64,000 nucleotides of DNA from Balanoglossus misakiensis (Eukaryota; Animalia; Hemichordata), in contig CM082580.2 in NCBI GenBank assembly GCA_040954595.2, positions 2,532,783 through 2,596,782 of the forward strand, in the 5' to 3' direction. This document shows positions 51,967 to 63,870 of this stretch, in pieces; position 1 is the first letter of the stretch, and each line of letters opens with the position of its first letter. The notes below the pieces were generated by a model. That model had not been told where the DNA came from and made no database searches. It worked only from the letters and a program-made list of their open reading frames with translations. The position numbers and the translations under genes were made by a program.

Positions 51967-52944
51967 TTCATTGATATACAATATTTTTTTAAAACAGGAA
52001 ATGCCAATATTCTAAAATATGGAAAAGTAGGTATATGCGTTGGCCATCTTGGGCGTCACCTTTAAAATTACACCTTTCCGGTCGTCAGAATTTCTGACAG
52101 ATACAAAACCGCTTCAATGAGTTGATCCGTGTCCCTCCTCAGTCCTGGGCTTCAACCTATGTTATGATTTGGCCTCAACAACTGAAATATTCTTCTCAGT
52201 TGTTGACTTTGCTTTTGACACTTCGCCCCCACATGTCATCACTGTTTTTGTGATGGGGTGTGCTATCGCCTGACCCTTTGCAGCATGTTGACTCAACTCG
52301 TGCACATTCGCAGCAGAGTACCTTGACCTCCTCGATCTTGTTCACTAAATGTCAACTAGAGGCGAGTGAGAACACCGGTGTCTTACTTAGTGCGTGTGGT
52401 TCACGATATCAGGCGTGTTAGCAAGAAGCATGGCGCGGATGCTGTACCTTGTACTTGTCATCTTGCACACCGAAGTGTCACATGCTAAACCATACAGTGG
52501 ACATACGGGGATTCCTGTTGAAGGTGACGGCGCGCCCGGCCTGTATTCCTTCGGTAAGACGCTTCGTACTTTTACAAGTTTGGAACGCCACCCGCCATTG
52601 TGTATTTGATAAGAGTGACTGCTTGTCGAGTTTGTGTAAATGTGTGGGGATCTTTGCATGTATTCTTTTCCTTTGCTGATTCATGGCTATTCTGTTGGAA
52701 GGAGGCCAGTGGCGCGTATAACCGAGAACACCCAATACATAGAACAGAACAGCCAAAACAATCACAAAAAGCTAAAGACAGTGCCTAACTCTGCATCTGA
52801 AATCAGATTGTCCACTGACCTATAAAATAATCGATAGAAGAGCCGAAGATATTTCCCCAATGACTTATTAAAGGATAATAAGAAAGATAAGTTTGGCATT
52901 TTCGTGCAAACATTTCTTCGATAACGTGACGAAACCGCACTGTA

Positions 52945-53943
52945 TTACAAGATAGAGCATTTTCGCCTCCTGCGGTGAGGTTGTGTAGGTTGGGCGGGAG
53001 GCGGTGCGTTGTTGGCGGGGAGAGGAGCTGGGGCCCGGGCACCCAAGGGTACTCCTACGGTGATGTCCCGAGGCCCGATAGGCACAATATAACTACCACC
53101 ATATGCGGTGCTGCTTGCAATCGATTCATATTCGTTGTCGATGGCAAGAGGCTGCTGCCCCGGCCGCCCAGGCTGGGGGTCAACTTGTGTATCTCCGTCA
53201 ACTGCATCGAGGGGACGGTGGCGATTGTCCGGCGCCCCCTCGCGTTCGTGGGAACCAGCCGCTGTCTCTTGGTGCTCTGTGGCTAAATGGGTTTCCATGG
53301 CAGCCATGTCGTCATAGATGTCGTCACAGCTTGGGCACATAAACCACTCCTGCTGGTCGCGTCCCGTTTGGTCAGCACCGAAGCTAACATCGACTAGGGA
53401 TATGTCGGGCCTGCACTCGACGAAATGCGCCTGGATGGTGAATACGTCATCCTTCAGGAACACTCTGTTGCACTGTGGACACTTCAAATACCTCCCGGAC
53501 TTATCATACAGACAAACTTCCACGTGCGCCTGCAGAAGTTGTAGATCTTGAAACACCATCGAGCATACGGGGCAGTTCAGCTGCGACGGAGTACCGCCTT
53601 GCGCCAGCTGTCCTCGCCTCCTCCTCGACAGTCGAAGACTTCGTCGGCGTCCGCCATTCGCAGGTGCGCGTCTGTGTCTGCTCACAATACCGTCGAGTCT
53701 GACGATGAAATGTCCCACTGGGAGATTGTCGACGTTTCCGCCTGGAACTGCTCGGTAATTGTCGACTCTGCACAGGGGACAGACGAGGGTGCGGCCGGAT
53801 GACGTCATCAGTCCACCAATGCAGGGTCGACAAAAGACGTGGGAACAGAGAGGGAGCACCTTCGGCTGGATCATCCGACTCTTGCAAATCGCGCATTGCA
53901 GGAGCGCTTCATATATTTCTTCAGAAAAGTCAGCAGAATCCAT
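52945..53943 (-). CDS. Intronless RING-finger E3 ligase-like protein with UBZ-type (CCHC) and C2H2 zinc fingers and C-terminal polybasic CaaX box
   Basis: 332-aa GC-rich ORF. TRIM-type RING-HC (CAIC...LCSHVFCRPC...CPLC); CPVC-x12-HVEVC and CPQC-x14-HFVEC; CPSC-x12-HLATEH; ends RRRRKCSIL*. Confidence 0.88.
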   Translation of the reverse strand: MDSADFSEEIYEALLQCAICKSRMIQPKVLPLCSHVFCRPCIGGLMTSSGRTLVCPLCRVDNYRAVPGGNVDNLPVGHFIVRLDGIVSRHRRAPANGGRRRSLRLSRRRRGQLAQGGTPSQLNCPVCSMVFQDLQLLQAHVEVCLYDKSGRYLKCPQCNRVFLKDDVFTIQAHFVECRPDISLVDVSFGADQTGRDQQEWFMCPSCDDIYDDMAAMETHLATEHQETAAGSHEREGAPDNRHRPLDAVDGDTQVDPQPGRPGQQPLAIDNEYESIASSTAYGGSYIVPIGPRDITVGVPLGARAPAPLPANNAPPPAQPTQPHRRRRKCSIL

Positions 53944-54400
53944 GATGTTTCAAAGAATGAAAGTTGACGAATCTATGAAAAATGTAACAAGAACAACAAA
54001 TGTCGCAAATTCAGATTCATAAGAGACAAACAAAAGTTGTCGTGACTGCTGTCGACCAATTCACGGTTATCGTGTAGTAATCAGCAATGAATGATTGGCA
54101 TACTGATATCGATGACAGTCACAAAATACCCGGCAAAATACCTCCTTGTTTCCTGACCCCACATTGACCTATGACATCATTCTGAAGTTCTCTAATGAGC
54201 ACTGCGGGGGTAGATTATTTAAGGATTTGACGACAAGCCATGCTTGGAAAAGAAATCTTAAAATAGTATATTATCATTGCTTAATGCAAGGGGACGCCCC
54301 TACTGCTCCCTGGTAAACGCAGTTCTTGGTATTTAGTCAATTTTCTTCTTCATGTTTATTTTGTGGGTTGGACGGGAATAAGAGAATATCACACTACCAA

Positions 54401-54485
54401 GGGCCTGGGATCATATTTCTCACACGAGTTGGGGATTTTCTGACAGAATATCCCCGACGAGTGTGAGAAATATGATCCCAGGTCC
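54401..54485. repeat. Long hairpin resembling the terminal stem-loops of the Crypton-like elements
   Basis: cctgggatcatatttctcacac...gtgtgagaaatatgatcccagg. Confidence 0.7.
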
Positions 54486-54902
54486 TCGGTGTGTGAGATT
54501 ATATTTCTCACACGGTCTTAATTAGCCAAATTCGTTTAAAACATTGAATAAATGACTCTGGAACTGTCGTTTGGGCACGGTGTAGTCTCAGTAGTCTCCG
54601 TATAATACGCATCGCGCTATTGGATAACATTTAGTGCGCGTTAGCAAAGAATGCTTTGTCAACCAATCAGCGCTCGCGTCATATACAGCTTCCGGTTCAG
54701 TGAGTGTGGGATCAAATTTGATCCCACACTCTCTATCCCAAACTCCCAGCGTACCAGGAGTGTGAGAATCTTGTTTGTGACCCATTCACCCAATTTCTCT
54801 GAATAGAAATCAACTTTACCATAGGAAACAATGGATTTGGACCATAGCTTTGAAAGAGAATTTTCAAGAGAAAACAAAAATCTTGAAAAACATCAAGGAT
54901 AA

Positions 54903-55843
54903 GGGACCGTTCAGTTTTTACGGCCGGGGGTCGGCAAAATCCAGGGGGTCACTTAAATTTTGAAGTTCAAAAGGGGGGGGGGTCATCGTTTTTTTTAAAA
55001 CGTTTAGGGGGGGTCACTCACTTTTGCCACAAAACTTTTGCTTTTGAGTCCACAAAATTGCAATTTCGCGCCCTTTATTTTACAAAATTTTCTAATTTTC
55101 ACCCCTCCATTCTTCACCACATTTCATTTATTAGCTGGTTTGTCTAGTGTACGAGGGCCGACTACTTGCCACCCAATGCGTACTTTGAGTGGAGTGGCAA
55201 AAGTAAAATCGGTCCTCCCCAATATTGAGTTAATTTGCTTTTGAGTTCGTTAAAATGCAACTTTCAGTCCGATATTTTTCAAATTTTTCTTACACCCCCT
55301 CCCACACCCACACCCTTCACTCTTCACCACATCTAGTGTACCAAGGCGTAGCACTTTCCCACCCCACCCCCCACCGATGCTAACATTGACTGGCAAAAGT
55401 AAAATTTGTCCTCCCTAACATTTAGTTAATTTGCTTTTGAGTTCATTAAAATGCAACTTTGAGCACCGTATTTTACAAAATTTTCTCGTGTGGGAGGGGA
55501 GACACACACCCCCCCCTACCACACCCACCCCCGCCACTTTTCTTGTTTTACCAATCCTACCAACTATTGTATTGACTTGTCATTCTTATTGCAACGATTC
55601 AATTACTTTAAGAAAATTAGAATTGAGGTGTGGGAACCCTCATTCCCTATATTGCATACAGTGTACATATGATCAGGACGGAGAATGTTTTCGGCGTGGG
55701 GGGGTCATCATATTTTTTGGCCTGTCAAAGGGGGGTCATCATTTTTTGGTCCTGGTGAAGGGGGGGGGTTCGGCCTGATTTTGAAAACCCATGACACAAA
55801 CTTGCCGACCCCCCCCCCCCGGCCGTAAAAACTGAACGGTCCC
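54903..55843. mobile_element. PIF/Harbinger-type MITE
   Basis: TIRs gggaccgttcagtttttacggccggggg / cccccggccgtaaaaactgaacggtccc with a TAA TSD. Internal ~200-bp repeats are related to the 12228 family interior. Confidence 0.88.
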
Positions 55844-56088
55844 TAAGAAATATATCGAGTGTAGAGATTTTACATGTTAAACTCTTGTTACGAAAGAATC
55901 CGATAAAACAATCATAGTAACAGGCTAGTTTGCGACGAACTGTCAACGGAGGGGCTACTATTTAACTCTTAACCTGCCTGGGTAAAGTGTTAACGTTAAA
56001 TTTGATTTATTTCACTTTGGTAGAGTTTCCACCAAAGCGAGGCTATGACCTCAGGTGAATGACGTTGAGAGGTAAAGAACGTTGCATA

Positions 56089-58029
56089 TTGCCTTTCCAG
56101 AGGGCGCCGTCAATGACCTTTGGCTTTTCAGAGACGCGGTGCAAGACGTCTCTCCAAATCCGTTTGAGCTCGTGCTGTGATTGGCTAGTACCATGCAAGA
56201 TGTTGCTTCATATGATTGGCTAATATGCCAGACAGAAGTTCCATCGCGTGCATGATATGGATCGCGTGCACGTTCGATCAGTACGCGTAACGTCCTTGTC
56301 ACGTGACGTGGCATACGTGTAGAACAGACGTTCAGAACAACAAACGACACTTGTACTCGTAAATTATGATTACGTGTAAAATAATTCCGATTATCTCAAT
56401 TTTTGGCGATCGATCTATAAAAATGAAATCGTGAAGTAAGTAGGCAACCATGGTGATACTTCCGGTGGAACGCCATTGACGAATCAGTTACCTTCCCCTA
56501 AATCGAATGCCACTTCAGCGCTCTCATTGGTTGAACGAAACGGATTTGGAGAGACCTCTTGACCAGCCAGAACGCAACGCCTTCATTAACATATGCAAAT
56601 GCGAAATCTGATTCGAAAAACGAGACCGTTACACTGAGCCCCGAAAAGGGTGTCTGAATTGGGTCATTTTTTTCCCCAACTTTGGTCATCAACCGCTATT
56701 AATGGCGATCGTTCTGAGTATTTTTGTTGGATTTATTTGATAGTACATATATCGAACTATATCTCAAGGAGTATTTTTGACGATTAATGCAGTAGTTGCA
56801 GAGAAATAACGAAAAGTACAGAGTAATGAAAATTCACGTTTTGGAAACATGCCTCGCTAAATTCTTGAACGGACTGTTGCACCAACTTTTTGTAGAAATC
56901 CGATGACATATTTATAAAATATAGACATTGGCCCTTCTTACAGTGAAGTTTGTATACTTTCCGGGGCATATTAACGAAGTTATAACGGTTTTAATTTGTT
57001 TACTTTTTGCTGTGATGAGATCATTTTCAGTGGGAAATGGCGGGAGTTTACAGCGTAACCCATTGTCGAGCGTTTAGTGCAGAATGTGTGTATATTGTTT
57101 ACGTCCCACATGTACATGTAGTGTTGATAAATGCACATGTTGGAAATGAGTTCATTATATATCGGCTAGTAAGACTACCTTTTATTCTTGAAAATTATCG
57201 ATGATCATCGAGATCTGCCTAAACTACGTTAGCACTGGCGGCTGCGTGTATGAATTGCAGGGGCTGTGTGTCCGCTTACGGCGCAGCGTAACCCTGCGAT
57301 GCCTCAACACCACAGCCTTTGGAAGAATAAAATACAGATTTCGTCGAATGTGGTGCTTCACAAAAAGAAAAACATTATTGAGCGACAACACAAACGTTTC
57401 TAAAAAATCAGTCCGGTTCTTTCAACTCCACAATCGCGTTAAACAGAGACTGCAAACAGCAACTGGGATAATTGCGTATTTACTAGTGTTTACATCAGCG
57501 ACCGGGAAACCTCGGGTCACGTAGGTCATGTGACGACTTCCGGGTAAAATCGCCCGTTTTTTAGCGAAAATTCTTGAACTGACCGTTGCACTTGTATCTT
57601 TACCAAATTTTTTTACACGGTCATTTAAAGTGTACAAAAACCCACATTACCCTGAAATCTGTAAACTTTCCGGTGCATATTATGGATACTGGAAGCGAAA
57701 AACTGGACCATATTTTCGACCGCTAAAGTAACCTTCGGAAAATCGCCATAATATCAATATTTCAGTAAATAATTCTAAAATCCATTTGGATAGCACGAAA
57801 GAAGACATGTCAGGAGAGGTTTTCGCTTTTACATGATTTAAAATAATGCTCTCTAGCGAAAGTTACGGCAAGTTGAAAATGCCTCAAAAAACGGTCTGTG
57901 AGCGGCCATTCAAAATGTAACGGTCCTGATCTGGATAGGCGATAATATGCTAATGAAGGTGTTGCGTTCTGGCTGTGACCGCGTCTCTGAAAAGCCAAAG
58001 GTCATTGAGGGCGCCCTCTTGAGAGGCAA
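56089..58029. mobile_element. 1.9-kb non-autonomous DNA transposon, ~50-bp TIRs, 9-bp TSD (AcademH- or Mutator-like)
   Basis: ttgcctttccagagggcgccgtcaatgacctttggcttttcagagacgcggt is inverted at 57978-58029. cgttgcata flanks both ends (56080-56088 and 58030-58038). No transposase ORF recognised. Confidence 0.8.
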
Positions 58030-59487
58030 CGTTGCATACGGATTTGCGACGTTTGGTAATCGGAAACTCCCTCGTAGGCTTATAGGGGTTCCGGGTTCGC
58101 TTCCGGTTTACAGGGGAATCGGTCCGTTTGAAACAAAGGAAGGCAGTGGGGCCGAGTTAGAACAATGGGGTGAAATATGGTTTAATGTAGTTAGGTGGGG
58201 CCAAGTTTTGGTGCACAAAGTCCTCTTACAGCTTACTACACCATTCCAAATAAACTTTGACCACCTATTTTACTTGACATTGTCGGTATCTACACAGGAG
58301 TGTGGAAAACAAATACTAAATATATAGGTGAACTTCCTGAATGGGCTTTTAACCTTTCCACCACCATGGTTCAGTCGAAACCCATTGTTTTCTATGGTAA
58401 GGTTGGACCTATAAAGAGGGAACTAGGGGTGAGAGGATTTAAAAGAAGTAACATTTCCACAGTAGTAATACGAGAGTTCAGCACAATCCTGTGGTAAGAT
58501 GTTGACTCAGATTTTACGAACAGCGACTCGTGGATTATACATTTGCTACAAAACAATTATCACTCAATCAATTATTTTCTCAAGTCTTGAGGTAAATGAC
58601 AAAAGAATTTTCTTCAATTTTAAGACCGCAGAGAAAACAACCACAGGCTGACACCAACCGTCAAAACTCATGCAGTAGACTTTAAGAACTTACCTCTCTT
58701 TCCTAATCAAATATCACCCCTTCACACACCACAGTGTTTCGAACAGTACTGAACAAAGTCGCGTTAATAAAGATCTGTCGATTTGCCTCAACGAGAACTC
58801 CTTTATAGGTCTTGTTAGTAATAAATCACCCGAGTCTGTCATACAAAATGCAAATCTGCCGTACGGCAATTGGTTCAATATTTATAGCGCTAGCGACTTG
58901 AGACGAGACGCACTTTGCTCAGCTAAACCTGGCTCAGTTATGTAAATATAATGACCGAGCCTCAACTATATTTAGACATGAGTGGAGGGAAATCACTAGA
59001 GCTTGTTTCGGGAAGATTTAATTTAACAGGACAGCGAATGTTCCTTGTAATTCTTGGTGTATAGAATTGTTGCCTGCGTCGTATTTGTAATTGATAAAGC
59101 GAGCACAAGATCTGCAAACTTTACAGCAGCTGAAACGTTGGCAGTAACGAAGCGGAACTAACCTGCCCGATATTATGTCACTGTCCTCATCATTAGGAAG
59201 CTTTTGTATGCTTTGAAACAAAGGTGTGATTGTTTACCGCAACTTGTTCGGTACAAGCTTCAAGAGAAGCGCACAACAGAAAAATGTGTAGCTCGGTTAG
59301 CTCTGTCTAGCTCTAGTGCATTTGGTAAAGTCAATCGACGAATTTGATATCTTCTGTCCGTTTCCTAACATTACATCGGTTAACACACATGTCACAATAT
59401 GATGTCAGAAAACAATGTTTTGAACGAACTTTAGGATCAGTCTGGTAAAATGAATGAACGATCGCCAATTTTTTCACCACTTGTAGA

Positions 59488-59837
59488 GAGCGACGGGAGA
59501 AAGTACGACGTCTATTTTGACAAGGTCACGTGGGACGAAGCTCTCGACCTATGCAAGTCCGAGACTTCATTTCTGGTGAGAATTCAAGACCTGAGTACCC
59601 AGGACGCTTTAGCAAACTTCCTCAAGAGTGAGGAACTTTCGACAGGTAGGAGTCGAGTGCTGACGTGGACAGTTGCTAAGGAGACAGCCACGCGGGGGCT
59701 TTTTGTTATTAAACATTTACTCAACGCAAGCTTGTGTGGGTACAGCAAGCACAGTACAGAACTTTGGCCTGGACTTATCAGTACAACATTGAGAATGAAT
59801 GAATGAATCAATGAATCAATGAATGAATCAATGAATG

Positions 59838-59900
<63 letters not shown>

Positions 59901-62900
59901 TCAAAAACAGACTACATGTAAGGATTTATCAAATGTCTTTGTGTAGGAAAATTCTGGATCGATGCGAGTGACGTTGGCGACGAAGGCGCCTGGAAAGATT
60001 CCGTGGGAAATAAACTGACGTTCTCTGCCTGGGCAGCCAACGAGCCAAACAATGGGATTCCCGGAAACATCAGTGAAAACTGTGCATATTTGTCAAGGTA
60101 ACGTACACATTCTGTTCCATCCTGTCTTTTGGTGTCATATTACTTTACTTTCCTGATTTTACTTCACTAAATGTACGTGCTCATTGAATTAGATCAACAT
60201 GATATATCGACTGTATTTGCAGTGGTGATGACTACCTATGGAATGACGACCGCTGTGACAGCCATAAGTACTTCATATGCCAGTCTGGTGAGATATGCAT
60301 TTCCTTGTAGTCGTTTTCAATAATGAATACATGTACGATGATAGCTTCTCAGCAACACCGATAACGACAACAGGCAAGTTATATTGTTACTTTGTGCTCA
60401 GCTAATAAGATGTGACCCCAATCATTTTTCTCATAAATTAATTTATCTCTGGCTCATTCCTGAAAGGGACAAAGTCTCTCTCTCGCTGCCCCTTTTCCAT
60501 TAGTTATGTTTGATACAAGACACCGTCTATGTTATTCTACATGTGGATATATAGTGAAATAACGTTCAACCACACACATCTTCCATCCCGCTTGTAGACA
60601 CGAGAGTGAAAAACTCGCCAAAATGAATAATCATATCCTACAAACTGATAGCCCACTCTGCCACATGTAGAATAACATAAACGGTGTCTTGCAAACAGGG
60701 CAACAAGAGAGAGACTTTGTCCCTTTAAACTGTATCGTTCTTTGATAAGGTTCCACATCCAGATGCTATACCACATTAGATGGGTACGACTACACAGGGA
60801 CGGTGTCGATGACCGAGGGAGGCTTGGAGTGTCAGTACTGGTCAGAACAATCCCCTCATCGCCACGCCAACTACAGACCGTACCCATCGTTGAGCGGACA
60901 CAACTATTGCCGCAATCCTCCTGGTAGCAGCAGGGACAGACCCTGGTGCTACACCACGGACCCTGACACTAGGTGGCAGTATTGTGATGTGGGTGAGCCA
61001 GGGTGGCCATGCGATTCAGGTAATGACCACAGAAAAATGACAGCAGATAGACAAAGTTGCCTGCTGTTTATCGTCCTTCAAATAGAATGTCTCTACGACA
61101 TCAACCAGTCCAAAAGTAACACCCACTCTTACAATATACTGGATCTGAACACATTGACAATACATTATTGGAATTCATTTTAGCTTTTTAGGTATTGGAA
61201 TTGGTTTGTTCCGCATGTAAATAAACTGTGTGTACTTTCTTAGCCTTACTAAAGCTTACTACTTAAAATTATTTATCATTTTGACGTCTACATTTTTATG
61301 TCGGTCAAATTGGTCTCCAGACGACACTGAATGCTACACAGAACACGACGGAAGTGATTATCGGGGTCGTGTCAGCGTGACGAACTCTGGGAAGGCGTGT
61401 AAGAGGTGGAACGAGCAGCGCCCCCACGAACACGTCTACCGGGGCGATGACTACGTTGGGGAACACAACTACTGTCGGAATCCTTCTCATTCCATCAAAC
61501 CATGGTGTTACACAACAAATCCAGGCGTTCGCTGGCAATACTGTGACGTCTGCCCCGAAGGTTAGATTTCAGTAGATATGCAGCATTAAATATGCCAAGT
61601 TATTAAAACATACCTTTTAACATACAACGGTACATAAATGCTCACATTTTTGTGAACTTAGTGCACCAAAACGAAGTTGCCACAAGGGACCAACACTCAA
61701 ATACACGAGATCATTAACTGGGTATTGCCCACTTAAAGCTCAGCACAGTATCGTATAAAAACTGCTACATATGTCTACCAAAAGTAAGTAAACAGATGAT
61801 TGTGCCAAGCCAATTATAGCTGACATTGAAACGCCCATTGCTGTAGAAGAGTGGAAGTTTGAGGTATCCGGTAAAGTGACAGGCCATGAAGAGCCTTGTT
61901 TCGCATGTTCAGTTAATTATGAGTGGGTACAAACAATGGAAGCGATATCCTTGTTCAGAGCATCAAATCATCGCCGAAATTGGCCAAAGAACCTCATGTG
62001 AACACTATCTTATAGGCAAAATTAAAAAGTCGTGTTACAATCTATATCACATGACTGTACTTCCAGCATTGGCCTTGATGTCAGCTTCGGCCAGAAACAT
62101 CGCCCTCACAAAAGAAGCATACCAGAGCAGCCTGCTGACGACCAGTGGAGTGGCGTCGAATGCCGTCGACGGCTTCAAAAGCCCTTACTGGGGAGACGGG
62201 TCGTGCAGCCACACCAAGCGACAACGAGACCCCTGGTGGAAAGTGGACCTCGGCGTTCCGTACTTTGTCGACAGAGTTGTAATCACTAATCGTGCAGATT
62301 GTTGCCGTGAGTATTACTAGTACATGTTTTGTTGGCTTCAGTGCAATAGTTTCATAATACCTCGTTTCAGGACTCGACAGAAATATTCCTCGACAGAAGA
62401 CATATTTACTTTCACCACGATACTTATAAATGGCGTTGATGAAGCACAACAATCTCGTGTAAACCACGGGCTGTTTCTCCATTTAGCGACGCGTTTGACG
62501 GGCGCCGTTGTGCGTGTTGGTTCCAGTCACAGCGTCCAAAGCAACAGTCGATGCGGAGAAACAGTCAACCCGTACAGAGCTGCAGAGTCAACAACTCTGA
62601 CGTTCGACTGCGGCGCTGTCAGAAGGATTGGACGCTTCGTCAGCGTTCAGCTGGAAAACCAATACCAGTTTCTGACGTTATGTGAAGTTGAAGTCTTGGG
62701 CACCCGAGGTAAGCTTTTAAGCTAACCATATATACAGCCTGGTCACGTAAGCTTACCATTCCGAACAACGAAATGTAATAGAGGGTATGGTGTCTGTGTA
62801 TACACTACGGTCACTGTGTGGAGTGACCGTGTATACACATACTGTGGACGTAAAGGGTGTCACGATCATGACATACATGTACACTTGAAGGGTATTGCAG

Positions 62901-63870
62901 CCTTAAACTTATCAGGAACTATACATTGTTAGTTTTAGGGATGAACAATTATATTTTAGAAGGGCCGAATTATATCTAAAGTTTGTAAATATTATGGAAT
63001 ATGCTAAAGTAATGTGGGCGTGAAGGGGTACTTTTACATATAGTATTGAATGTATACAGCTTCACAAACTTATTCACGTAATCACAGCTGAACTTTGGAG
63101 AGCAGACAACCGTTGTGGTCCGCAGCACCTTACTTCCTCCAACGTCACAGCCGAATGCAACCCGGATGGAGAGAATCCTTGCTGCTCGCCATCTGGTTGG
63201 TGTGGTAGGTCAGCTGATCACTGCACATGCCCTGGTTGTAGAGACTTCCGGAAGATCTATCAGCTTGATGCAGCCTATGTAACCGAAGGTATGACCAGAG
63301 TCCCTCTATCACAGATAGAGGGACTGTGGTATGACCTGCATGTTGATTGGTCAAGATTGGGCTACTCACAGTCACCATGGTAGTATTGAATTAGTTTAGT
63401 GAGTGGACATATGACGAAACTTACAATCATTAAAAGTAAAATGCTTATGTCAGTTGTAGGGCAGGATTAGCTCAATATTTTCGAAGTAATTGATCTCATT
63501 TCTTGGTCTTTCTTGCCAGAGTCTCAAAATTATATTTTCTTTCCCGGATTTGACTTTTTTGTGGACACTATGTTGTTACCTTTGTCGTGTTTATGTTGTT
63601 TTTGTAACGTTTGTGCTTGACAATTGGAGTCAACACGGCACTTTTGACGACAGGTGGTGTTAACATAGCGCTGAACAAAAAGGCGTCACAGAGTAGCGTT
63701 TACAACGCTTGGGCGCCCTCCCACGCCGTTGATGGATTCAAAAGCACCCTTGTGAAGGACAATTCCTGCGCTCACACATCCAAAGAAGACGACCCATGGT
63801 GGATGGTGGACCTGGAATACCCACACGTCGTTACAGATGTTGTAATTACAAACCGCAGAGATTGTTGTTG
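59488..63870 (+). CDS. Mosaic lectin: C-type lectin, kringle, kringle, F-type lectin (F5/8C-like), hevein-like chitin-binding domain, F-type lectin; continues beyond the window
   Basis: Exons at ~59488-59645, 59947-60097 (FWID, EPN), 60222-60287 (WND...FICQ), 60750-61019 and 61321-61560 (NYCRNP, PWCYT), 62085-62307 and 62487-62708 (AVDG, SHT...PWWKVDL...NRADCC, LTLCEVEV), 63090-63288 (RCGP...PCCSPSGWCGRSADHC) and 63654-63870. The first (signal peptide) exon is uncertain. Confidence 0.88.
59794..59900. repeat. (AATG)n/(AATC)n microsatellite
   Basis: Read directly from the sequence. Confidence 0.95.
63296..63328. mobile_element. 33-bp micro-element, CA...TG termini, 7-bp TSD, inserted at a splice donor
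   Basis: gtatgac-cagagtccctctatcacagatagagggactgtg-gtatgac. Confidence 0.7.

Noticed and set aside
56089-58029. Autonomous transposase inside the 1.9-kb TIR element
   Set aside because: No long ORF or DDE/helicase motif is recognisable in any frame.
59284-59324. Candidate signal-peptide first exon of the lectin gene
   Set aside because: The ATG at 59284 hits TAG after 8 codons, and the frame compatible with the next exon has no nearby ATG. I cannot tell whether it is a damaged exon or not an exon at all.
62795-62839. Short palindrome tgtgtatacac..cggtcact/agtgaccgtgtatacaca as a miRNA or structured RNA
   Set aside because: It is intronic and single-copy here, and cannot be distinguished from a MITE remnant without expression data.
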